A DNA stretch of 64,000 bases from Alphaproteobacteria bacterium (lineage in GTDB: Bacteria; Pseudomonadota; Alphaproteobacteria; Bin98). The translations under genes and the position numbers were made by a program. Below the pieces are notes generated by a model. It saw nothing but the letters and a program-made list of their open reading frames with translations. It did no database searches and was not told the origin of the DNA. The stretch is from positions 1,395,994 through 1,459,993 of the forward strand of contig OZ253461.1 of the NCBI GenBank assembly GCA_965261615.1, given 5' to 3'. This document shows positions 43,045 to 51,530 of the stretch, piece after piece. How positions within the stretch are numbered: position 1 is the stretch's first letter; every line of letters starts with the position of its first letter.

Positions 43045-44306
43045 ACATCACCTAACATATTCTCTAGAGACACTGTAAGCACTTTGCCTGTAGCACGATC
43101 ATGAACCTCCAAGGCGCCATCGCTTACACTTTTTGGTCCCATTACTACTATCTTCGGACATCCAATAAGGTATGCATCTGCGAGTTTTTTCCCTGCGCCG
43201 GCATCTTCTCGGTCATCATAGAGCACTTCGATCTTTAGACCAAGCATCTTACCATACAGGCCCTCTGCAGCTGCACGCACTTCCTCCTTGTGAAGGCCAA
43301 GGCCAACCAGAACAACTTGAAAGGGAGCCACACTTTTTGGCCAAACTATACCCTGATCATCATGGTGGCACTCAATAAGTGCAGCAGCAAGTCGGGACAC
43401 TCCTATACCATACGATCCCATTTCAAAAGAAGCCAATTCATTATCTTTTGTACGAAAAGTAGCCTCTTGGCTGTATTTAGCACCAAAGTAAAAAATGTGC
43501 CCCACCTCTATCGCTCGCGCTGCGACGCTTGTGTCTTTAACATCCTCAGGGCATTGGTCTTCTGCATATGCGGACTCTTTCAATACTTGGTCCACATCAT
43601 ATTGACCGCTGGCAACGCTATTTTTCAAATCCTCTTTGTAATAAATAGGGCTTTCTCCAGCATCACAGAGCACTGCAAACTCATGGCTTAAATTTCCTCC
43701 GATGGCACCACTGTCTGCACGCACAGGAAGGCCGATCATATCCATGCGCTTAAAGGTCCGAAAGTAGGAGGTGGCCATTAGCTTGTACCGTGTATACGCT
43801 GCTTCCGGGCTCACATCAAAGGAGTAAGCGTCTTTCATTAAAAACTCACGGGCACGCATCACCCCAAAACGCGGGCGTATTTCATCTCGAAATTTCCACT
43901 GTATTTGAAACACACATAAAGGGCAGTCTTTATAGCTGTTTAAAAACCTTGAGCATACATCTACAGCTATTTCTTCTGCGGTGGGTCCAAACAGCATGGT
44001 ATTATCATGCCGGTCTTTCATTTTCAGCATTTCAGGCCCATAGGCATCAATACGCCCACTTTTTTCCCAAAGTGATCCTGGCTGAATCATCGGCATTAGC
44101 ACCTCATGGCTGGCTACCCTATCTTGTTCCTCACGGATAATATCAGAAATCTTTTGCAACACCCGCACACCTAACGGCAGCCAGGTGTAAATGCCAGAGG
44201 CTACAGAGGCAATCATTCCCGCTTGCAGCATCAGCTTATGAGATAGCATCTCAGCATGTGCTGCCGTTTCTTTTGTTGTGGGTAATAAAAACTCGCTACG
44301 GCGCAT
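43026..44306 (-). CDS. proS: Prolyl-tRNA synthetase (short, alpha-proteobacterial/eukaryote-like architecture, no INS domain)
   Basis: Class II motifs (REFLMKDAYSF, GSYGIGVSRL) and a C-terminal anticodon-binding domain. 426 aa. Confidence 0.9.
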   Translation of the reverse strand: MRRSEFLLPTTKETAAHAEMLSHKLMLQAGMIASVASGIYTWLPLGVRVLQKISDIIREEQDRVASHEVLMPMIQPGSLWEKSGRIDAYGPEMLKMKDRHDNTMLFGPTAEEIAVDVCSRFLNSYKDCPLCVFQIQWKFRDEIRPRFGVMRAREFLMKDAYSFDVSPEAAYTRYKLMATSYFRTFKRMDMIGLPVRADSGAIGGNLSHEFAVLCDAGESPIYYKEDLKNSVASGQYDVDQVLKESAYAEDQCPEDVKDTSVAARAIEVGHIFYFGAKYSQEATFRTKDNELASFEMGSYGIGVSRLAAALIECHHDDQGIVWPKSVAPFQVVLVGLGLHKEEVRAAAEGLYGKMLGLKIEVLYDDREDAGAGKKLADAYLIGCPKIVVMGPKSVSDGALEVHDRATGKVLTVSLENMLGDVCSYIN

Positions 44307-44331
44307 AATTCCTCCTTACTGCTGACGGTTC

Positions 44332-44340
44332 ATGATAGCA
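44332..44340 (-). promoter_or_regulatory. Extended -10-like element TGcTATCAT for proS
   Basis: The minus strand reads TATGCTATCATG. An AAGGAGG Shine-Dalgarno follows before the proS ATG. This is one arm of a 9-bp inverted repeat. Confidence 0.4.
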
Positions 44341-44355
44341 TAGACAAGAAATTTA

Positions 44356-44364
44356 TGCTATCTT
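44356..44364 (+). promoter_or_regulatory. Extended -10-like element TGcTATCTT abutting the pgeF start codon
   Basis: The hexamer is at 44359-44364 and the A of the ATG at 44371 is exactly 7 nt after it. There is no Shine-Dalgarno sequence. Confidence 0.42.
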
Positions 44365-44370
44365 TAGCTT

Positions 44371-45165
44371 ATGGTTCATTTCCACAATGACAGGCCAAAT
44401 CACCCCATTTACTACACATCAGAGTTACTCAAAGACTTCCCTCATGGTTTTTTTACACGCTATGGCGGTGTTTCCCCAGGTGTAACAAGCTCTTTAGACT
44501 GCCGGATACCCAGTCGCACAGCACGTACCCCCAACCCCTTTGCTTATGACAACCTCCAAATAGCCCTTAATGCACTAGGCTTAGGGGGGCATCATCTTTC
44601 TATTACGGAGCTTGAGCATAAGGACAACATTCATCACCCTGAGAGCGCCTCCTCCCCTTCAAATTTAGTACAGGCTGATGGACAAATTGCTAAGTCCTCC
44701 CAAATGGCCTTAGCGGTCACCTCAGCAGACTGTACCCCTATTTTACTAGGAGACCCCACAACAGGTTTTTTTGGAGCAGTCCACGCAGGTTGGCGGGGTG
44801 TTGCTAAACAAATTCTAACAAAAGCAATAACCATGCTCATTGCAAAAGGAGCCGAACCGAACAACATTCGAGCCTGCATCGGACCATGTATTGCGCAAGA
44901 GCACTTAAAGCTTAACGCCAGCATATTGGATATATTTTTATCCATCAACAGCGAGTCTAAGCAGTTTTTTCATGACTATCACCTGGATATGCGTCAGCTT
45001 CTTGTGTGGGAGCTGGAGCAAGCCAACATTCAGTACATCGATCACTGTAACTATAATACTTACTCAAACAACGATTTTTTTAGCGCACGTCGCGCACGTC
45101 ATCTTTCAGAAAACCTTTTCGGGGCACAGCCCTCAATCATTGGAGGCCCTTTATGTCCAAAATAA
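44371..45165 (+). CDS. pgeF: Peptidoglycan editing factor PgeF (YfiH/DUF152, laccase-domain protein)
   Basis: VTSADCTPILL and AVHAGWRGV motifs plus a C-terminal ...CTYS-like region are typical of DUF152. Confidence 0.82.
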   Translation: MVHFHNDRPNHPIYYTSELLKDFPHGFFTRYGGVSPGVTSSLDCRIPSRTARTPNPFAYDNLQIALNALGLGGHHLSITELEHKDNIHHPESASSPSNLVQADGQIAKSSQMALAVTSADCTPILLGDPTTGFFGAVHAGWRGVAKQILTKAITMLIAKGAEPNNIRACIGPCIAQEHLKLNASILDIFLSINSESKQFFHDYHLDMRQLLVWELEQANIQYIDHCNYNTYSNNDFFSARRARHLSENLFGAQPSIIGGPLCPK

Positions 45166-45836
45166 TCATTATCTCTGCCCCATCAGGCGTGGGAAAATCA
45201 ACTATTATTCAGAACCTCATGCAAAAATATAAGCAGATGTGCTTGAGTGTATCCGCCACCACACGTCCTATACGACAAGGCGAAGAGCATGGGCGTGACT
45301 ACTTTTTTTTAACAGAGGAGGAGTTTATCAGCAAAAAAGAACAAGGTCTTTTTGTAGAGGATACACAGCTACACCATAACCGTTACGGCACCTTAGGCTC
45401 AGAAGTCCAAAAGCTCCTTGATATCGGTCATTGGGTTGTCTTTGACGTGGATGCCTTTGGTATGCATGCGCTAAAAAAGTTTTTTGGTCGATCTCCTAAT
45501 GTTGAGATAATTGACATCCTTCTGTTACCTCAGTCTTGGCAGAGCCTCAAGGAGCGGCTGTGCCACCGGGGCACAGAAAAGCCAGAAACCATCCAAACAC
45601 GATTGCGTAACGCTCCCTTGGACTTGCAGCACCTTCAGAGCTACAAGTATGTTATCGTCAACGACATACTCGCTGAATGCGTACTCACCTGCACAACTAT
45701 TTTAGAGTCACACCCTAAGCTCACACAAGACAAAGAACCGTCGGCCTTTATGCACGCCCATGGGCTATCTTTGCTAGAGGACACATCAACTCTTGCGACC
45801 ATTTCGGAGATTCCGCCTTCCACACCCTCACAATAA
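45153..45836 (+). CDS. gmk: Guanylate kinase (with ~25-aa C-terminal extension)
   Basis: P-loop ISAPSGVGKST, SATTRPIRQGEEHGRDYFF, and a typical GMP-binding and lid region. Confidence 0.9.
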   Translation: MSKIIIISAPSGVGKSTIIQNLMQKYKQMCLSVSATTRPIRQGEEHGRDYFFLTEEEFISKKEQGLFVEDTQLHHNRYGTLGSEVQKLLDIGHWVVFDVDAFGMHALKKFFGRSPNVEIIDILLLPQSWQSLKERLCHRGTEKPETIQTRLRNAPLDLQHLQSYKYVIVNDILAECVLTCTTILESHPKLTQDKEPSAFMHAHGLSLLEDTSTLATISEIPPSTPSQ

Positions 45837-45900
45837 CTCGCCGGCTTTCACCGACAGAGTGTTGCTTTGAACAGAAAAACATTTTAGAATATTGCAGTTT

Positions 45901-46845
45901 ATGAGTCAGGATATTTTACGCACAAAAGTGCTAGTTGTAGGCAGTGGCCCTGCGGGGTATACCGCAGCCATTTATGCGGCCCGTTCTAATTTAGCTCCCA
46001 TTTTATTTTCAGGTTATGAGCCTGGTGGCCAGCTATCTCTAACCAAAGATGTTGAAAACTTTCCTGGTTTTGCGGACCCAGTGATGGGACCCGATTTGAT
46101 GGAGGCAATGCGCAAGCAAGCTCTCAACGTGGGTACAGAAATTCATATGGAAGAGATCACATCTCTTAATTGTGCTCAAGCCCCCTTTGAAGCCACCTCT
46201 AGCTCCAACAAAAAAATTGTGGCAGACACAGTTATTCTAGCCACTGGTGCACAAGCAAAGTGGCTGGAGGTTCCAGGCGAGAGTGAGCTCCTTGGAAAGG
46301 GAGTCTCTTCCTGCGCCACATGCGACGGCTTCTTCTTTAAAGGAGCACCTAATGTTTGTGTAGTTGGTGGCGGGAATACCGCTGTTGAAGAGGCCCTGCA
46401 CTTAGCGGGTCTAGCACAAAAAGTTACGCTCATACACCGACGCGACACACTACGCGCCACCCCCGTTCTTCAAGACCGCTTATTTGCGCAAAAAAACATT
46501 GAGGTTGTTTGGAACGCAACCGTTCAGTCCATCAACACCGAAGATTCTAAATTAGCATCTGTAACTCTCAAAACCTCAGAGGGGGAGCAAAACCTTGCAA
46601 CAAAAGCTGTGTTTGTTGCCATCGGACACAGCCCAAGCACTAAATTGGTACGCTCGCAGTTGCGCTGTGACGAATACGGCTACATTCTGATTGAAAAAAA
46701 CCAAACGGAAACTAGCGTTCCTGGCATATTTGCAGCCGGTGATGTTCAGGACACAGTCTTTAGGCAGGCTATTACAGCAGCAGGAAGCGGATGCATGGCT
46801 GCGCTTGAAGCAGAGCGTTTTCTGCACGAAAGTTCACAAACGTAA
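45901..46845 (+). CDS. trxB: Thioredoxin-disulfide reductase
   Basis: GSGPAGYTAAIYAAR FAD motif, CATCDG redox centre, GGGNTAVEEAL NADPH motif and GIFAAGDV. The start is taken at ATG 45901. The listed ORF begins at TTG 45892. Confidence 0.92.
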   Translation: MSQDILRTKVLVVGSGPAGYTAAIYAARSNLAPILFSGYEPGGQLSLTKDVENFPGFADPVMGPDLMEAMRKQALNVGTEIHMEEITSLNCAQAPFEATSSSNKKIVADTVILATGAQAKWLEVPGESELLGKGVSSCATCDGFFFKGAPNVCVVGGGNTAVEEALHLAGLAQKVTLIHRRDTLRATPVLQDRLFAQKNIEVVWNATVQSINTEDSKLASVTLKTSEGEQNLATKAVFVAIGHSPSTKLVRSQLRCDEYGYILIEKNQTETSVPGIFAAGDVQDTVFRQAITAAGSGCMAALEAERFLHESSQT

Positions 46846-46861
46846 CAATTCATGCTATAAT
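46833..46861 (+). promoter_or_regulatory. Promoter TTCACA-17-(TGc)TATAAT abutting the nfu start codon
   Basis: The -35 is at 46833-46838 and the -10 at 46856-46861. The A of the ATG at 46868 is exactly 7 nt after the -10. This predicts a leaderless mRNA. Confidence 0.5.
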
Positions 46862-46867
46862 AGGCGT

Positions 46868-47407
46868 ATGGTTATTAATGTCAATGCCACACCAAACCCT
46901 TTAAGCTACCAGTTTACCAGCGAGAAACCGTTTGTAGAATTTGGTCATCATGCCTTTTATGAAGCGGATCAATCTACGCATTGTCCTATCGCTCAGGAGC
47001 TTTTGTCGGTAGTGGGCATAGATCACATTTTAATCACTCCCATGTTTTTGACAGTTACCCTGAAGGATCCCGACTCTTGGACTCACCTAGAGTCAGCTGT
47101 CTCTCAGATTGTCAAAAAACACTGTGAGTCGTTACCGTTGGTTGTTAAAAGCGACGTTGAAAGCTCAGAGCCACAAGACGAGCTTTGGCATAAGGTTTCT
47201 GAACTGATTGAAACACACGTTACACCAGCTATTGCCTCTCACGGGGGATTCATTAAACTGCAACGCATCGAAAATAGCATTGTTTTTGTTGAACTGCAGG
47301 GTGCCTGTGACAGCTGCCCAAGCGCGCTTGTTACTCTAAAAGATGGCATTGAAAATCTTTTGAAATTCTACATTCCTACTATTCAGGAAGTACGTAGCAC
47401 AAACTAG
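46868..47407 (+). CDS. nfuA: NifU/Nfu-type Fe-S cluster scaffold/carrier (Nfu_N + NifU C-terminal domain)
   Basis: The start at ATG 46868 gives MVINVNATPNPLSYQF... (Nfu_N-like), with C-terminal HGGFIKL...GACDSCPSALVTLKDGIENLL (CxxC). Confidence 0.8.
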   Translation: MVINVNATPNPLSYQFTSEKPFVEFGHHAFYEADQSTHCPIAQELLSVVGIDHILITPMFLTVTLKDPDSWTHLESAVSQIVKKHCESLPLVVKSDVESSEPQDELWHKVSELIETHVTPAIASHGGFIKLQRIENSIVFVELQGACDSCPSALVTLKDGIENLLKFYIPTIQEVRSTN

Positions 47408-47417
47408 GAGGCCTCAT

Positions 47418-47975
47418 ATGTTTATTTTTGCTCTAGCTAGCTTTATTTATAGATTTTTAACACACACCTCAATTCTTCTCACGGTTATTATCAGTGGATT
47501 AACCACCAGCTATACGCAATCTAAGAAAAAAATGTGGACCCCAACTGACGCTCAACACCGCAAACAACTTGCTCGTATCTCTGCAGAAAACTTACGTAAC
47601 CTCAACATTATAGCGCGTACAGTTTATGGGGAGGCCCGCGACCAAAAAACCACTGGGCGCAAAGCTGTGGCCCACGTAATTTTAAACAGAGCAAAGCACG
47701 CCAGCCATAACATTCCACGCACGATTTACAAAAGAAAGCAGTTTTCGTGTTGGAACCACCGTGACCCTAACCGCAAGATTCTAGAGTCACAAAACATTAA
47801 CTCCCGCGTTTTTAATAAAATCTTAATTGAGTGCCTTGAAGCGATGGACGAGAAAGACACCACAAACGGCGCTAGCCACTACCACATCCACAGAATTTCC
47901 CCTTACTGGAAAAAAAGTAGCCACTTGCACAGAACTACAAAAATTGGTGCACATATTTTTTACAAGACATGTTAG
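47418..47975 (+). CDS. Cell wall hydrolase, SleB/CwlJ family (membrane anchored)
   Basis: AGGAGG Shine-Dalgarno and an N-terminal TM segment. ARTVYGEARDQKTTGRKAVAHVILNRAKH ... KQFSCWN ... ASHYH is typical of the Hydrolase_2 family. Confidence 0.75.
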   Translation: MFIFALASFIYRFLTHTSILLTVIISGLTTSYTQSKKKMWTPTDAQHRKQLARISAENLRNLNIIARTVYGEARDQKTTGRKAVAHVILNRAKHASHNIPRTIYKRKQFSCWNHRDPNRKILESQNINSRVFNKILIECLEAMDEKDTTNGASHYHIHRISPYWKKSSHLHRTTKIGAHIFYKTC

Positions 47976-47978
47976 CAT
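47970..47978 (+). promoter_or_regulatory. Extended -10-like element TGtTAGCAT abutting the zf-CHCC ORF start
   Basis: TGTTAGCATAGCTTATG is almost the same string as the dnaQ site TGTTACAATAGCTCATG. The ATG is 6 nt after the hexamer. Confidence 0.35.
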
Positions 47979-47983
47979 AGCTT

Positions 47984-48148
47984 ATGAAGACAGTGCGAAA
48001 CACCACCTACTCTCCACGAAGTGTTGTTTCCTGCAGAGGGACCATATCTCCCAAACAGCCAGCCACACACCCCCTCATTTACATAAAAGTTACTCGCAAA
48101 AAAACAACCCCATGTCCTTATTGTCGTCAGGCCTTTCAGCGCACTTAA
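47984..48148 (+). CDS. Zinc-finger zf-CHCC protein (NDUFS6/NUMM-like), 54 aa; not in the supplied ORF track
   Basis: Manual translation gives MKTVRNTTYSPRSVVSCRGTISPKQPATHPLIYIKVTRKKTTPCPYCRQAFQRT*. The C-x11-H-x14-C-x2-C spacing, with HP(L/R)(I/V)Y and CPYC, is characteristic of the zf-CHCC family. Confidence 0.7.
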   Translation: MKTVRNTTYSPRSVVSCRGTISPKQPATHPLIYIKVTRKKTTPCPYCRQAFQRT

Positions 48149-49260
48149 ATAACACCTTGCGTAGTAGCCTCAAGACCAGCTACCCCATACGAAGGGAAAA
48201 AGTTATAGCAGTGATTGCCTAATCGAGCAAGTGAAGTATATACATAGGGCAGCCTCACTTTATATCGATCTAAAACCTTCTTGTTAATATATGCTAAAAA
48301 TAAGCTATTGCGAGCAATAGGGATATCCTTTGGCTGATGTGTTCCACGAATAACCTGCAAAGCCTGCAGCGCCGCTAGCTCCCCTTGCTCGACCGCCGAA
48401 GCTCCAATCGCCAACCCGCACCCTTCAGAAACACTGCCACTGTTTGTTCCAAGAATTGGAAGTTTGGATTTATGCAATAGCCATGCCATCATTTGAGATG
48501 AGCTAACATTACCTTTCGCCCCTTGAACCCCACTATAATCCAGAAGTAAAATAATAGCATTTTTCTTGGCGTTTAAAAGCTCTATTGTTTTTTGCCACTC
48601 TGCAAAAGACCTCATAAGGTACACTTTTTTTACTTGGTAAGGACCCCACGAGAACTTTTTCAAAAACTGCACATCAGACTTTGAAGAAAAGGAGGTGTCT
48701 CCCAAAACATAGAGCTCCACCTTCTTAGCTGGCACGCCTCTGTGGAAGTACTTTAAAGCTCGCTTTACCTCTGGCAAAGGAATACGCTCCAACACACCCG
48801 TTACTTTTGCGCCTTGCCGCTCATATCCATAGTCCGCTATATCACCTTTAACACCCGCAAATACCAGTGGTGTTTTTTGCAAAAGGGCCATACCTTTGCC
48901 AACATATCGTTGGGCGATATCATCAACCAGCACCACTAAGTTTGGTTGAAAGAAGCTCATCACATCGCGAACCTCTTGAGCTGCGCACTCCAGCTGCTCC
49001 TTCCTAGCACTACGATTTACATCCATATACACATTACAAACATGAAGGTTTGCATGCTTCCTAAAAATACGATCCACACCCTCATTGATATTATCCGTCC
49101 GCTCTGTATGAGCACCTTCGCTGTGCACTACCAATATACGCGGACGTTTAGCACTAACCGTTAAAAGTCCTGCAACAAAAACCACAACAAAAACTATTTG
49201 TAAAAATAGAACCGCTTTCTTCACAGTAAACCTAACCTTTTCCAGAAAAGAACCAGACAA
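48145..49260 (-). CDS. Membrane-anchored periplasmic-binding-protein-like protein (ABC_sub_bind-type fold)
   Basis: N-terminal TM segment, then a PBP type-I-like pattern: PLVFAGVKGDIADYGY..GAKVTGVLERIPLPE...AKKVELYVLGD..., ending ...IRGTHQPKDIPIARNSLFLAYINKKVLDRYKVRLP. Confidence 0.5.
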   Translation of the reverse strand: MSGSFLEKVRFTVKKAVLFLQIVFVVVFVAGLLTVSAKRPRILVVHSEGAHTERTDNINEGVDRIFRKHANLHVCNVYMDVNRSARKEQLECAAQEVRDVMSFFQPNLVVLVDDIAQRYVGKGMALLQKTPLVFAGVKGDIADYGYERQGAKVTGVLERIPLPEVKRALKYFHRGVPAKKVELYVLGDTSFSSKSDVQFLKKFSWGPYQVKKVYLMRSFAEWQKTIELLNAKKNAIILLLDYSGVQGAKGNVSSSQMMAWLLHKSKLPILGTNSGSVSEGCGLAIGASAVEQGELAALQALQVIRGTHQPKDIPIARNSLFLAYINKKVLDRYKVRLPYVYTSLARLGNHCYNFFPSYGVAGLEATTQGVI

Positions 49261-50630
49261 AACAAAGACACAACGCGCCCTACATTCATCATTATGTTAT
49301 ATTTTAGAAACTGCTTTTCTTCTGCCGAGCTCATTTCTTTTTGAACCAACCTACACTCTAAGCTTTGGTACGGAAAGAACCAAGACTGAGCAAGGATCAT
49401 AATGAGTATCATTATGCACCAGGCATTAACTCCATGTCTATAGGCCAGCGGCACCAAAAATGTTCCCATAATAATAGCTGCAATCCCTTGTGATAGGAAA
49501 AGCCGCAGAAACCACACTACAAAAACGGCCCCCAACAAAAACAACGTGTAATTATGCAGCATCATATCTGTCAGCCAATAAAGCTTCATTTCTAACACTC
49601 TTTCTATATGAAGGTATTCCATGGATGCAATCATACCTGAGGAAGATCCCAACAGTATCAGAGACTCCCAAGCAATTTTCTTTCTAAAAATATCCTCTCG
49701 CAGAATATGGAACACCAGTAAGAAAAACAGTATTAGCAAACCAATCCATAGGGTCATAATTTGATGAAAGGGCTCCGAAAGCGTGCTGATCGAAAAAACC
49801 GCAAGAGCGCAAAGCGTGACCTTATCATCTAACAAAAGCGGTGGCCCTTTCAGTTCTGTCCCAATATTATCGCCAGACATACGCTCGTCGCGTAATTTTC
49901 GGGCAGTCCACCAACCACAGAAAACATGAAACATCACCATCATCGCACCGTAAGCCCACATACTTTTAAACCAAAAAAGCCAGTGAAACCGGGCGCGATC
50001 TTGTGCTGACAAAAACCCAACTATCACCAAGTTTAAGGTTGTTCCACTCAAAAACACCGAAGAAAGTATCTGCGACCCCTGAAATATGTGGAGATCCGCC
50101 CAGTAATTGTCCACAGGAGTTTTTCGCAATACATATTTTTTCATTGACCGCAGCATATGAAGGCGCACACCTGTTCCAGGCATTGTCGGTATGAACATTG
50201 TCAGCAAAAGGCCAATTATAAAAATACTATTACGTCTCCAAGAGGGGCTGCGCAGTGCCCGCGCTGCAAAAATATAAAGGCGCTCTCCAAGCTCAGCTTG
50301 TTCCATGCACAAACCAATCCCCAAAAAACTCAACGCCATTATAAACCCACTACTACCAAAGCCAGAAAGAGCGACTTTTTCTGGAACCAGCCCCAGCACA
50401 ACAAGATTCAATATAATGAAAACCCCACCAACAAACGCAGGCACTAGGTTAAAAGACCATAAACATAGACACGCAGAAAGGGCTGTAGCAAACAATCGCG
50501 CAGACCACGCAAGGTGTCCAAAAACACTTTCGTTAAAAACGCCAAGATTCACAACCCATAGCGGCACAATCAGCGCACATAGCCATCCAATGCACAAACG
50601 AATGTGCTGAGCTTTTTCTGAAGCAAACAT
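49221..50630 (-). CDS. Ion-transporter-superfamily permease (DASS/SLC13-like anion permease)
   Basis: About 12-14 hydrophobic segments with a two-repeat architecture and a charged central loop. The sequence GFGSSGFIMALSFLGIGLCMEQAELGERLYIFAARAL is similar to DASS family members. The start is taken at ATG 50630 to avoid overlapping the divergent HAD gene. Confidence 0.45.
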   Translation of the reverse strand: MFASEKAQHIRLCIGWLCALIVPLWVVNLGVFNESVFGHLAWSARLFATALSACLCLWSFNLVPAFVGGVFIILNLVVLGLVPEKVALSGFGSSGFIMALSFLGIGLCMEQAELGERLYIFAARALRSPSWRRNSIFIIGLLLTMFIPTMPGTGVRLHMLRSMKKYVLRKTPVDNYWADLHIFQGSQILSSVFLSGTTLNLVIVGFLSAQDRARFHWLFWFKSMWAYGAMMVMFHVFCGWWTARKLRDERMSGDNIGTELKGPPLLLDDKVTLCALAVFSISTLSEPFHQIMTLWIGLLILFFLLVFHILREDIFRKKIAWESLILLGSSSGMIASMEYLHIERVLEMKLYWLTDMMLHNYTLFLLGAVFVVWFLRLFLSQGIAAIIMGTFLVPLAYRHGVNAWCIMILIMILAQSWFFPYQSLECRLVQKEMSSAEEKQFLKYNIMMNVGRVVSLFCLVLFWKRLGLL

Positions 50631-50681
50631 TTCTTCCCCTATTCCAATATATATGGTAGTAAAAAGAGGTGCAAGTTCATC

Positions 50682-51530
50682 ATGAATCAAATTTTAAGTT
50701 TTTTTAACACGTTTGACTTAATTGTATCAGACATATGCGGAGTTCTTCATGACCACAACACCGCTATACCTGGCGTACTTACAACGCTTAAGGCCTGTGA
50801 TCGTCCATTTATTTTTATATCCAATGCCAGCGCCTCACACGACGCTATAGACAAAAAGTTCACCGCACTTACAGGAGAGCCACTTGCAGATTTTGGATCT
50901 ATATACAGCTCATATGACTATTTGTCATTTGCCATTGAGGTGGGGGAAATCCCTGATATTAGAAAAAGCCCAAGCTACTTTCTTTATGACAGCCCTCTTC
51001 CTGATTGGCCTGGTCCTGTCGCACACTCACTCCAAGAAGCAGAGTATGTAGTGCTAGCATCCCTTGGAGAGGACAGCACACTGCCCCCTTCTTTTGACGA
51101 GTGCAGCCAAGCCTTAGCCGCAAACAAGCCCTTAATTTGCGTCAACAGCGACTGCTTTATTCGATCACACTATTCCCAAATCATACGCCCAGGTTACCTT
51201 GCTCAGCAATATCAACAAAAGGGAGGGGAAGTTTTTTTCATGGGAAAACCATCGCCCAACCTATACAAATTTGCGTTTCAAAGTCTCAACTTTCAGCCCC
51301 AAAAAGTTTTGTATATAGGAGACAACCCGGATACTGATGGCTTGGGCGCTAAAAACATGGGTGGATCATTTTTACTAACATTGTCAGGCGTTCCCTCTCT
51401 TAACTGGTCTACAGAGCTCTCTGTAAGGTCACACGCAAAGCGTATAATGAAGAGCACCAACCTAAAGCAGTTTCACACTTCGTGGACCATTGAGGCTAAT
51501 CAGATCGTATCCACTTATCATGCTGAATAG
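50682..51530 (+). CDS. HAD-superfamily hydrolase, subfamily IIA
   Basis: DICGVLHD (motif I), GKPSPNLY and IGDNPDTDGLGA (motifs III/IV). Confidence 0.68.
   Translation: MNQILSFFNTFDLIVSDICGVLHDHNTAIPGVLTTLKACDRPFIFISNASASHDAIDKKFTALTGEPLADFGSIYSSYDYLSFAIEVGEIPDIRKSPSYFLYDSPLPDWPGPVAHSLQEAEYVVLASLGEDSTLPPSFDECSQALAANKPLICVNSDCFIRSHYSQIIRPGYLAQQYQQKGGEVFFMGKPSPNLYKFAFQSLNFQPQKVLYIGDNPDTDGLGAKNMGGSFLLTLSGVPSLNWSTELSVRSHAKRIMKSTNLKQFHTSWTIEANQIVSTYHAE

Noticed and set aside
46691-46867. Upstream extension of the nfu ORF (238-aa version)
   Set aside because: It overlaps the 3' end of trxB in another frame and runs through a strong promoter. The Nfu_N domain begins at the ATG at 46868.
47827-48222. 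Listed 131-aa plus-strand ORF spanning the SleB 3' end and the gap
   Set aside because: It is in a different frame from the convincing zf-CHCC ORF (47984-48148), overlaps two other genes, and has no recognisable features.
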